From NCBI GenBank assembly GCA_012295275.1, contig CM022670.1:10788001-10852000 (forward strand): a stretch of DNA of 64,000 nucleotides, given 5' to 3'. The translations under genes and the position numbers were made by a program. The stretch comes from Chrysomallon squamiferum (taxonomy: Eukaryota; Animalia; Mollusca). Below the pieces are notes generated by a model. It saw nothing but the letters and a program-made list of their open reading frames with translations, had not been told where the DNA came from and ran no database searches. Shown piece after piece: positions 13,401 to 26,454 of the stretch (position 1 is the stretch's first letter; each line of letters begins with the position of its first letter).

Positions 13401-16400
13401 GTGGACTTCAACATGGAGAACGACGACACTCAGGATAACTTGAGCACAGACGATGCTGATACAGACCGAGAGGTGTTCTGTGACAGTGTTGTCAAGACTA
13501 AACCCGAAACGAATCGTATCATGCTGTTCCAGATAGGCAGACAGGATATCTCTTTGATCAGCTTGGACCAGAAACAGATAATCATGGAAAGAAAGTTCAA
13601 GGACATTTCCTTTGTATCTCAGGTAAGTTTCCATTAATAAAGAGTAAGTGAATAAATGAAGTTAAACAATTGTTACCAAACTATCTGGGTGAAAAACTGG
13701 GATAGATCTGATCTAGGCTTCTTGATTGTTTCTCCTGATTTCTGGACCGGTTTTCAAACAGACTTAAAATATAGATAATTTAGAACTAACAAATGCACTT
13801 CAAAAGCCAGTTTATATAGAAGCTGAATTAACGTGCAATTTGAGTGCTGGTTATTTTGAAAAAATATGAAGCATAGATTTACAGTTTAGTACCAGATTGT
13901 TTTCCAAAAACCTTTTATTTAAAAAAAAAAAGAAGAAGAAAAAAAACATGTACATCATACAAAAAGAAGATCATAGCATCTACTTCAGTAATCTGATGAA
14001 GATACTTGAAACATGTCGTATCTAACAGCCTAGCATTGTTTTTGGAAGTTAAAGTTGTTGAGCATGGCTTCTGGGTACGTCATGTTGTACAAATGAGCTG
14101 ACTGACCTATGCCACTGTAGCTGTTTACAGCTTTTGACTGCCGCTTGCAGCCTTAATTAAAAATAGCTGATTAACCAGACTGGCCCTTAGAGAGAGCTAA
14201 TAATACACTGAAGGTTAATTAGTACAAAATAATACAGATTGTTAACTAAAGACAAAGAGCTACATTATTTGTCTGTTTGTTTCTTTAAAATAACTACATT
14301 AAATTGATTTATACAGAATTTGTTTTGGGTAAACATAGCTGTTGCAAATGAAATTCTGATAAACAACAACTAATTTTGCATCAACATAGAAAACATATTT
14401 TTAATATTTGTTTATATTAATTAATTAATTTAATTCAGTATGTGTAACATTATACTGTTAACATTTATTATAGTAAACCTGTCTGGTATGTGTAACATTA
14501 TACTGTTAATATTTATTGTAATAAACCTGTCTTGTATGTGTAATATTACAAAAATAATGCTCTTAATATTTTTTGTAGTAAACCTATCTAGTATGTGTAC
14601 TATTATACTGTCAATATTTATTGTAGTAAACCTATCTAGTATGTGTAATATTATACTGTTAACATTTACTGTAGTAAACATGTCCAGCATGTGTAATATT
14701 ATAATGTTAACATTTATCAGAGTAAACTTATCAAAGATGTGTAAAGTTACACTGTTAAGTTATATTGGAGTAGACAGACAGCAGCTTGAAGAACTTTTAA
14801 GGATGGATAATATCTGTCTTTATTTCCTTTCTGTCGCCATGTCCTGTAGCAGTACATCATCAGTGAAGCTGATTTTTTGTTGTTTCATGGTATTTTCCTA
14901 TTAGAAACAAGACTGATTATCTGACAATGTCTAGGCCAGATAATATAAATGCCATAACTATCAACTGTTTTTCACTTAAATTCTTCTTTATTGCATTCAG
15001 TGTTGGTTCATGGAATACATGCAACATTAACCAAACCAGACATGTTTGAATTCAGAATATCATAGATCATTAAAATTAATCTGGTAATGGACTGAAATGA
15101 AGATAGAAATTTGCACTGATCTGATATTATTTTTTTTTATTGTTCAATTATTTTTTTTTCTTCTTTATATTTGTTATAAATTGTGTGTGTGTGTGTGTGT
15201 TTGTGTTTAATGAAACATAAAAAAGTATCAGTGATTAATGAGTTATTCGTATTTCATTTTAGATGTGATTTTGTAATTATGAGGTAAAAATAGTTAAACT
15301 ATTGGGGTTTTGTTAATTATTTTATTATTATTTATTTATTTTTTTACATTTTAAATATTTATTTTAATATGATTTAAAGCCATGTATTATAAATATTTTA
15401 TCTTTCTTCCTCTGTGTTGCTGCCTCAATCTTTTCCTTTACCATTTCTTTTCACACAGCAAACATTTTATGCCACTTAAGCTACATTTTAAGTTAAAATT
15501 ATTGTTAACTTTGCTAACATCTGACTGGGTTGCTGTTGCTCTGTGTTTTCAGGGCAATGCCAAACAAGACGTGTTTGGTGTGATCAGCCGGGAACCAGGC
15601 CGGGATGCAGATCCAAAGTCTGATGGAAATATCTTCGTCTGTTACATCTTTCGCTGTCACTCAGAATCAGTGGTAAGAATCAGGGTTTTTTTTTTTTGTT
15701 GTGTTTTTCCACCTCAGGTTTTCAGAAGTGAACGGCTCATGTTATGAATTTCACCTGTTAATTCTTGAATTTGGATATTTATCTAAGAAAGTGATTGTAA
15801 GATATTCCAGAATCTGGGATACTTGTGTAAGAAAGTGATTCTAAGATACTCTAGAAAGGATATTTGTGTAAGAAGGTGATTGTAAGATACTCTAGAATCG
15901 GGGATACTTGTCTAAGAAGGTGATTTTAAGATACTCTAGAATCTGGGATATTTGTTTTAGATGATTATAAGATACCCAAGAATCTGGGATATTTGTCTAA
16001 GAAGGTGATTGTAAGACACTCTAGAATCAGGTATACTTTTTAAGAAGCTAATTATAAGAAGATAAGAGATGTCAGTGACTTTTACCAGTCTGATAATCTC
16101 TTGAACATTCAGTCATTTCTGGATAATGTCCTTAAATAGCTCCAGTTACCTTTAAATAATGGTCCTATTGATTTCTTTGCTGAATAACAGCTTTAAGTTG
16201 TCTTGGTTAGTGAACTTAAACTAATCTCTGAATAGTGGATTGTGGTGTTAGACATTCATTTGCTTCTACACCCAGACAATAATATGTAAATATCTCTGGT
16301 TAACACACCTTCATAATTATCATTGATTGATATCATTATTTATAGACAGAGGCTTAACATCTTCCCAAGTACATCAGGTTACTAATGGCCATAATCCTTT

Positions 16401-19400
16401 CTTCAGGATGAAGTGAAAAAATGAGGATAATACCCAAAACAATCTTCAGTTAGTTTAATTATCACATTTTAAATGAGATCATTTTTAATTAACATACGTT
16501 TTCTGATTTTCTTCAGCTGATTTGACAAGCAAACTTTCCTCTTTTTTTTCTTCTTTTTTTTCTATTTTCTTTATAAAAAATAAAAAAAAATAAAAAATCT
16601 GTATTTCTTTCCTAATACATGTTTGTGTGTGTGTGTGGAAAATATATATATACATATCTTTTTCCTATTCTATGTTTTTTTTTTTTTTTTAACTTCTTGC
16701 ATTTCATTTTTTGTTAATTTTTTAAAATTTAAAAAACAAATCTGAATAGCTTGCTTTAACCTTTTTAATTAGCTCAAGTTAATGGTAACTCACCTGTTGA
16801 TTACCATGTTGCCACAATATCTGAGGTATTGTACTTTTCTTTATAGACATAATTAGCAAAATACATTACCTAACAGTCTTCAAGTTCAGTTAGTGCTGCT
16901 TTAAAAATTGATGAGATTAGCTCATAACTAATATGATTCAGTTTTGTGCTTTGTCATCTTCTTCATTTGTTAATACAGGTTTCTTGAAAACTTTTATTTA
17001 TTTTTTTTAAACTTTTTTTTAACGTAAATGTTTATTCCAAACAATTGTCTTTGCACTTGATTATCCTTCTAGGTAATGGAATTACTTCTCCTCAGTGGCC
17101 TAATGGGTAGACAGATGTTCAGCATTTATTTCTAAGTAACTATGCAGTCATAATACTGTCTGTTGTCAAGTTTATTTATAAAGTTGCAGATTCCATGTTT
17201 AATAATTTATATTACATTTTGTTTATTGGATATTTTGTTTTCGTACTTGAAAAACAGGTGTGTGTATGTATATGTGTATGTATATGTACATGTATATATG
17301 TTTACATATGTATCTATATACATTTGTGTGTTTGTATGTGTACATATGTATATATATAATTTTTTTATTTTTTATTTTTATTTTTTGGTAAGCTTCCTAG
17401 GGTTCCACACACACACACACACGTACACCAAAATCAAAAATGAGCTTTTCCCCAGTTGTGGCATTCATTCTGTAGCATGCTGAAGGTTTTGGCATTTTAG
17501 ATAATTAATTAAAACAGTGTGAGATCTCACGATAACTAATTATAATACAGAATGTAGTTCTAACCAGTGTCAGTAACCTTTACAAACATAATATTACATG
17601 CTAGGGTAGATATTAGTAAGATATAAGCCCTGTCACAAAATTGTAAATAAAAATGGTTGCAGGATATGGTGTTTAAAACGTCATTTTTGTTAGTACATGC
17701 TTCTTGTTTTTAAAACGATATAGAATAATAGTCTGAATGTTTGGATAAGAATCGTTTGTGGGTATTTTATGTTTCTGTATGTTTAAATGTATGGGTGTTT
17801 TGTCCATATATTTGTGAGTTTTTTTATGAGTATGTATCTCTGTATCCCTTCCATTTCTTCCATAAATCCAGCAGAGTACAAGATGGAAATTTTGGGTAAT
17901 TATCAAAATACTGTGTAAGTCAGTGGTTTGAGTTCTGTTTCCAAAGTTAGTTAGGTTTTTTTTCTCTTTCCAAAATTAGTTAGGTTTTTTCTGTTTCTGA
18001 CAAATTCTGTCTGTTTGGTATTCATCAGTAAACAAACAGCAGGTATGATAAATTTCTGATTACAAATTGCTGCTGTCAGTTCTGTGATGGCTTCTTGCAT
18101 GGAATCCTGTGGAGAGATGGACTCGCATTATTCTAATTATCATTTGCTGTGGCCAGATACCTGCATCTGTGCTAGCTAATCTGTGGTCACACCCTGCGAG
18201 ACACTATTGATTTTCTTACTGACTTCCCATAGATGATTGACAGAGATCAACCACATGGGTTGCCCACCTGTTGTGAGAGGTTAGTTACATGTTGTTTTTG
18301 TCTTTCACTCTTTTGAAATTTTTTTGCTTTTGTTTATCTCTCCATGTTACGATTTTTGAAAAATTTAAGCTACTGTTCATTACATTGGAGCTTTGGCATC
18401 TACAGCTATGACAGAAGGCAGGAAATCAGATACGTGGAAAAACAAAACTGAGATGGTTAATTAAGAATTAAGAGAAGTTTTAGTTTTTTTCTTGAATTTT
18501 ATCATTTTATTTTCATTTTTATTTCTTTGTTTCTTTTCCTCACTATATTTTTCACTTTATGAAGCTTTTATAACTGACATTTGCTTTTATTTATATATTT
18601 ATTTTGTATGTTACGTGACCAATATTTTGGATTAAATTATTATTATTAGAATAAATTAATACTTTTACATTCTACATAAATCTATCTGTATTTTTAAATC
18701 CTTTGAGTATATTGTGACGTTACCTGTTGCTACAAAAAATTACACAGAACTGATTTTAAGACACAAATCAGTAAAATAGATTGCTTTACTTAGATAAATT
18801 AGTTTTACAATAATTTCTAATTTGAATTATGATTGTACAAATAAACCTTCAAATACTCAGTCGATACTTTACTGTGTTCATAAACACACACGTAGATTTG
18901 TTCTAAAGGCACACACATACACACACACGTGCATATTTTCATACATACAGTTAACGTAAAAGATAAAACAAATACTGTATAATCCACCAACAGAACATAT
19001 TAAATAAACTCTGCTGGTTATTATTATTATGTTTTTAATTTCATTTAATTCTATCAAATAAACCTCTCCATCAATCCACCAGTTTTGTAAACTGATTCCA
19101 AATAAGAGAATAAGACCTTTGTTTTTGTCCATGTCTCATGTGAAAGCCTAATTTGACTTAACCATCACCTCAAATCCCTGGATATTTGAAGCTTAAAGAT
19201 TCGTGATGAATTTTCAGTAGTGTACAGTTGTTCTCCTGCTTTAGATGTTAGCTGTACATCTAATAGCATATAATTTCAGGATGTTCACTAAGAAGGTAAA
19301 ACATTTCTGACAGCCAGTAATTGTTTTGTCTAACAGAGATTTGTGTTTCCTCTCTCTTTTTCCTTTTTTTAAAACCATTAGAAGATATTTGATAGCATCC

Positions 19401-22400
19401 ATCTACTCCTGATTCCCTGTAATTTTTTTTTTTTTTTTTTTTTGTTTGAAGGTAAAATAGATTTGTAACAAGATCTGTTTTTGTATAACTCCAGGCTGAT
19501 ATCTCCATAGTAAGAATATGAGGCATGACACATATGAATTTGTATAGTAAGGATTTTGTGTTCAAAATAAAATTAAAGAGTGGGTATTATTATCCTTACC
19601 ATTATTATTTTTATTATTATGATTATTATTATTATGATTATTATTTATTAAATGCCAGTAGACAAACTGGTAAATCTCTCTTGTGAAAAGAAACAAGTTG
19701 AAGGATCAGTCCCTTCCAGTTGACCAAATGATTTATTTCCCAATCCAGCACGTGCCAGTGTCAGTGACAGAACATTCTCTCCCTGGTTATTGTGAGATAG
19801 CTTATGTTATAGCTACAGGTTTTCTTTTTCATACCATTGGTACACGATTAATAAATAATATCTTCAGTCATTTTGTTTTATTCATTTGTTAACTTTACTG
19901 TTTAAATAGAAAATAATAATAATAAACAGATAAAATAGTAACATATTAAATATTCAGAGTGGAATAAAAACCAAAATTCAAAATATTAATTTATTAATTA
20001 AATTTATAAAAAAAGGAAAAATGAAAATCAAATGTTTTTTTTTTTTAATTTTTTTTTTCCTTTTCTTTTTCTTTCTAGGTAACTGACATAATGTGTAACC
20101 TGCAGACGGCATTCACGATGGCGTTCAAGCAGAGCCAGGCTAGCCGATGTGGCAAACCGCAGTCGCAGAACCAAATCTGCATCATGTGCCCACTGCATCA
20201 GCTTGAGAAACTGTGTCGGGAAATAAATGGTATGACTAGATGATGTTATGAATAAATCAGTTAGAATGTTTGCATAGGTCTGTCAATACTGCATAGATAT
20301 GTTTTTCAGGTGTGATGAAAGGCAGGTTTTGCACAAGTGTGGACTGGGCTGTTTGTGAGATTGTCCATACAGGTTTATGGTTGTGATTATATTAGAAGTA
20401 ATCAGAAACTTCGTTTACTAAATGTCATTTTTACCTTTCTGAAATTTTGTGTTAATTTAAAATTCCAGTAAGTGCGATTTGAAGCAGATTAGTTAGTTTT
20501 TTTCGTGGTTTTGTTGTTCAGAAAGATGTTGTTTGCATTATTGGTAAGAATTAATAAATGTTTGAAATAAATTCTTATTACAGGTATGAGTCCACATGCT
20601 GCTTATGATTTTCTTGTGAAACGAATTCAACATTTATCTGATCAGGATACTACTGAAATTGCAAAAAGACTTAAGGTTTGTTTAGTTTGTTTTATGTAGT
20701 AACATACCAGTAGATGTATATTTAAAATTCATTAAAATCTATATTAATATTATTACCGACCTTTTTTTTTTTTTTTTTTTTTATTATTTTTTTTTTTTTT
20801 ATTATTGTTATTTTAAAACAATAAAATAAAATAATTTCATTATACATGATCCATAAATTAACTTTATAATAAAATAAAGAAAAAGAAAACCCACAGCAAC
20901 AAAGGAATCTTTTGAACTTGGTCCTCCCAGCCCTTAATATTTTATTCCTTTCAGCCACCAGCAAATAATTGTAAAGAAAAATATTTTTATAAAAATCATT
21001 GGCAATTCTCAGATATGCTTGAAGCTGATAAGTTATAAAAAAAACACTTTTTGTTTTGTTTTTGCCATAGACATAGGTATATATATTTGAGAAACCAACC
21101 TTTATCAAATCAGTTGAATTTAACTGATGACACAGGCAATGGATCCTTGATGTAGTCTTATTCCACAAGGTATCAGGAACAGAACTTGATCTGCTACTAG
21201 TAATAGATTCACTTACAGGATAAGTGCAGTCTAAACCTAATTCATCCTACTGCAAACTATCATTCTGTAGACTGCAGTGTTTGTTGTCCTTCGGAAATGC
21301 TATTTTCAAAAGTCTTTTCATGTTAGAGGTTAATATGAAAAAAAAATAATAGTAATAATACCTCTAATCCCAGGCACAGTCATTATAGTAAGTTACAACT
21401 AGAAATGTAATATGTTTTCTTATCTATTTTTTCCCACTCCCATTTCAGTGTTCAGACTGCCAGTCTAATGTAAGATGTCTAAATACCAGGATCTGTTGGA
21501 TTTGATAATCTTTTATAAGTTTTATTAATTAATATTGATATTAATAATAGCATCTCAAAGTTCTATTATCATTTTACACCATCAAATCAAACTGAACACA
21601 TCATCTTAAGAATATTTGAAAAGTTAACAAAATTAGGTTAATTATAAACTAATTTAAAACACAAATTTAAAAAAAAAAGAAAGAAAATTACCCCCAAAAA
21701 ACCAAACCAATATTTTACACAATGTATGTATTGCTAATGAAATAGTTTATGAATTCATTACACTTTCTGATGTACTGAACCTGAAGGTGAGAATGTGCTT
21801 ACCAAACCATCATAATTTAATGTTATGAATTATTTAAAGAGTGTTTACATCCTACTAACTTATTCTTTTATCTGTCAATATAACAGTACGTGATACTGTG
21901 GTATATTATAACCATTGTCATTACTTATCACTGTGTTTGACATCTCATGGTATTCAGCTTGTCGGGAGAAAAATAAAATCTATAATAATACTTAATGTTG
22001 GTACTCTTCAGTTGGAAGTGATAGTTACATTTACAAACAACATCATTTTAATAATAAAAATTGTAAGAGCAGCAGCAGCAGTAGTATATTAAATAAATCT
22101 GATTTCTTATATAACATATTGGGAAATAATATAGAACAATTTAGAAATTCTCAACTTACCAGTCTAATGTAAAAAAAATGGCAGCAAATTATTGTATATT
22201 TTAATAACTATACTGTGTGCCTAGTGTGAAATAGTAGGACAACAGTAAAGTTTATAATCAAGTGTGAAGTTAGGGCAAGATGTAGTTGTTCAATTTGTCA
22301 CAGCGAAAGGCAAAGCCCATTTTACCAAAGGCTGTGGTAATGTTCCTCTGTTTATGGAAAGGAAAAGTTCCTTGTTGCTTACTTTAAAAAAAAGAAAAGA

Positions 22401-25400
22401 AAGTATACAAATGTTTAAAAAAAATGCTGTAATGTGGTCTCTTTCAAAACATCACTGAACAAAAACTATAATATGTAACAGGTAATAATTAATATTAAAA
22501 TATGTATGTGTGTAGTTAATGCAAATATTTATAAATTTATTTCATTATACATAATACCTACCTACCTATGTGCATATATTAAAACAAACTCCTTATGCAC
22601 ACAGATGTTTTATAACTGTTTAATAGTCAAATACTTATTTTTCAGTTTGGTTTTAATGACAGCTGTGTTTCTTCAGCTGACAATTTCTTTGTCAGTAATT
22701 CAGTTGTTATTTATCTTCACTGGGTGTTGTTGAATTAAATGCCATTCTAATGAAATTAATTTTAATTTTTTTTTAACTGTAAATTACAGTTTTTATTGAT
22801 TATTTATTTAAATATTGTTTTCATTATTTATTTTCTCTAGTATTTATCTGGGTTTTATTCTGCTAGACTGCAAAAAAAACAAAAGCATAAGGATTATTTC
22901 ATTTTATTTATTTATTTTTCAAAGCAGCAAATTGTTTACTGTTCATAGTATCTTGCTTCAGAACAGTGTATTGCTAATTTTATTAGTGTGGAAATCATGT
23001 TTCACTTGCAGAGCGAGAATCCTCAAACCTACGATGAAATGGTTGAAGTTTTAATGATTTGCCTCCGACGTCTGTGTGAACGAAAACAGAAAGAACACAT
23101 CCACATTTCTGAGGGCGGAAAAAGCATGAAGTCTGAGGTAAGAGCTTCAGTTAACTGTTAACCTTTTTGTCAGAATAAGTTACATTGTGTTCTCGTTACT
23201 ACTGAAATATTTCTTCAGTTTTTTAATTCTTTGAGATTTTGTTTGGTGTTCTGGTAATCAGAAAAAATATACAATTTTGTGCAAGTGTGTGTGATTATGT
23301 ATATATGTATATATGTGTATGTATGTATGTTGGTATATATATGTACATGCATGTATGTATGTATGTATAAGTTGGTACATGTATATTTCTATATGTATAT
23401 ACATGTATGTATCTATGTATATGTTCATACATGTATGTATCTATATGTATGTACATGTACCTGTGTGTGTGTTGGTGTGGGTGTGGGTGTGGGTGTGGGT
23501 GTGGGTGTGTGGGTGTGTGGGTACAGGAAATAACTGGTTACTATCTTAAGATATAAACCTTATCCCATGAAGGTGAGAATGCAGAATTGCAACAAGCCTA
23601 TGCTGAGCTGCATTCAGCATTAAACCTAATCAGTATAAACCTATTAAGACAGTCACCAGTTATTCCCTAGTATACACAGACCTAAATAATAAAAATATTA
23701 AATCAAATTAACTGTTTAATTTTTCAACTCACAACTCTAGAATAGTTGTTTCACACATTGTTTTTGTTGTTGTCGCCTACTAAAACTATACATCAACACA
23801 AAATAGTTTTTAAGTAACAACAGTTTATTCTCTACTTGTTAAATGAATACTGTTTTCAAAATAATCTTTCAAAACTAGCAATTAAATTTTACAGAAGTAA
23901 CTGAACAATATAATGTAGTTAAATAATGAGTAATTTATTGAAGTCAGTAAATTTTTTTTTTAATCAAAAAGCTTAATTTTGGGTTAGTGCCCAAAAATAA
24001 AGAAATTCATCTAGTCATCTTTTGCTGCTTCTGCCTATAGTGACTGCAGAATAAATACACGTGTATAATATTTTCATTTACAACACAGCTTATTCTGTTC
24101 TGCTTAATTTATAATTTATAATTTATATTTATTTTATTCCATTTTATTAGAAAATCATTTATTTTTTTCTATTCATTACACTTATACAGGCAGTTAAAAC
24201 ACATTTGCATATATACAATTATTATATACTTTTTTTTTTTTTTTTTTTTTTGCATTTTATTTAAATATAATTGGTTATGTTAATTTATGCACATTGACTT
24301 CTTCTACACTGTGGTCATTAGTGTAAAAATACTGTGTAAATATATTTATAAATATATTCAGTGGAAGTGTTTCAGTGTGCCAATGGGTGTCTGGTTGGTG
24401 TAAGTAAGTGAGTAGCTTGAATGGATATGTGAGTGGGTATGTGAGTTGGTGGGTGGTTTTAGGTTCGAGTAGATGAGTGGTCTTGGGTAGGTGAGTATGT
24501 GGGTGGTTTTGGGTAGGTGAGTATGTGGGTGGTTTTTGGTAGGTGAGTGGGTGCGTGGTTTGGATGGGTTAGTTCAGTAAGTGGGTGAATGGGTATTTGG
24601 AAAAGGTAAGGTAGATGGATCCTTTGGGTGTGTATGTATACTTAAGTTTGGATGGTTGAAGAGAAAAAGATGGTGAAAGTATATATCTTTAGTTGAGAGA
24701 GAGAGGGGGAACAAATGGACAGGAAAAGATAGGAAGGGTTAGAGAGAGGGAGGGAGGGAGGAGGTAGGGAAGGAAAGAAAGTCAATAACGAATACAAGTG
24801 AGTGGGAGAGAATTTTCTCCTTGATCTTGATTTAATATTTTTATACTGTTTCTGTTCACTTGGATCTGTTTTTGGTAAACATAATTGCTTGGTTTTAATG
24901 AGGTCATGCCACGCACACTGGAAACAAAGGAAATTGGTTCCATTAATTATATTTTATAGGTTTATCTAATGTGGGAGTTGTAATTTGAACTTATAACTGA
25001 TCACTGTTCTCTGATGTTCTTAGAATCAGGCATATTACAGAATTCAGATTTTATTATTACATTTACATGTTCTTCACTGCTGTTCTTTTTTAACAAACTG
25101 TCAAAAAATGTTCTTCTTTCCACATTAATTTTTCTGATGATGCTATTAAAAGGTTCATATAAATTCTCAGATATTTCAATGGATAACTATTTCTCATTTC
25201 TAAAATTGATCTGCTATCTAAATTGAGTATCTGGCAAGTCAAAAAAGGAAAAATGGTTTGAAAAGTATGAAAAGCTTTAATACAACTTTTCTTCTTAATT
25301 ATTACTAATTTTTTATTTTATTTTATTTTTTTACTTTTTCAGTTTAATATTATGGATAATGACAGGAACTTGATGTTCAAATTTGACAGCTTCCGAAACA

Positions 25401-26368
25401 GAGCCAAGAAAAGCCTGACAAATTCCTTTGAAAGTCTACTCAGGGTAAGATTAATGCTTTTAAATACCATTATTAATTTCAGTCTTCTTAGGAATATGTG
25501 ACAGCTTATCAAAGACTTGAGTTAATGTTTTGCTGTGTGTTTAAAGACGAAGGCATTTACTGTGGAATAACATCAGTGGATTTCTTTTCACATCATCTGT
25601 AACACTGATAATTGTTAACATCAAAATACATTGAAATATAAATGAACATGGTTTTATCTGTTTGCAAGGCAGGTAAGGTAGTTTAAGTATCATGGATTGA
25701 TTAAGTTTCTTTTATATATATTTTTTAATTTTTAATTTTTATTTATTTATTCATTTATTTATTATTATTATTTTTATTTTTTCAGGGCAGAAAAAAAGAA
25801 GATTCTACAGACAGTTATCGACCTCGAAGTGGAACAAGTGAAAGTGAAAGTAGTTGGTCCAAATCTGTGGTTAGTCAGTAAACTAATTCTAGATCTGGGT
25901 ACGGGTGTTGCTGTGGGTGTGGCTGTGGGTGTGGCTGTGTGTAGGTACGTGTGCGAGAGCATATTTATAGAGATTACATATACACAGATGGTCCACTATC
26001 TGAAATCTTGAAAACTTCTGTGACAATAATTTTTACTGTTTCTGCAGGACTCACAGCTGTCAACCCCAGATGCCTCGCCCCTTTCATCCCCAGTGGTGAA
26101 GGAGTTCACCCCTCAGTTTCCTAGTCCCCCGCGCTCGCCTGAAGGTCATCGCAAACGCAGTTCCACTGTTGGTGCTATTCCCGACCCCTCCATCACAGCC
26201 AGTCGCAGAAGTCTTGGTCAGCGGCGTCAGACTGAGGCGCGCCTCTCCACAGACAACCAGAACAACAACAACCACCGTCGCAGCCCTCTGAAAAACATGT
26301 ACTTACGTTTTTTTTAAAATAGCCACTCAAAGTTTTATTTCATAAAAAAACAGAAGCCAGATTTAGTA

Positions 26369-26454
<86 letters not shown>

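Noticed and set aside
12807-13634. Several overlapping minus-strand and alternative-frame ORFs
   Set aside because: They are shadows of the GC-richer TBC1D1/4 exon 2. The same applies to 37012-37579.
14430-14904. 154-aa and 86-aa repetitive ORFs on opposite strands
   Set aside because: They are translations of a 48-bp minisatellite whose unit is a multiple of 3. There is no splice context or recognisable protein family.
15774-16050. CRISPR-like appearance of regularly spaced repeats (also 14438, 31105, 55300)
   Set aside because: The units are contiguous degenerate tandem copies without unique spacers, there are no cas genes, and the context is eukaryotic introns.
17163-23549. Hydrophobic or VCVYM-rich ORFs (17163, 23279, 23313; also 40732, 49254)
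   Set aside because: They are translations of TA/TG microsatellite-like and poly-T low-complexity intronic or UTR sequence.
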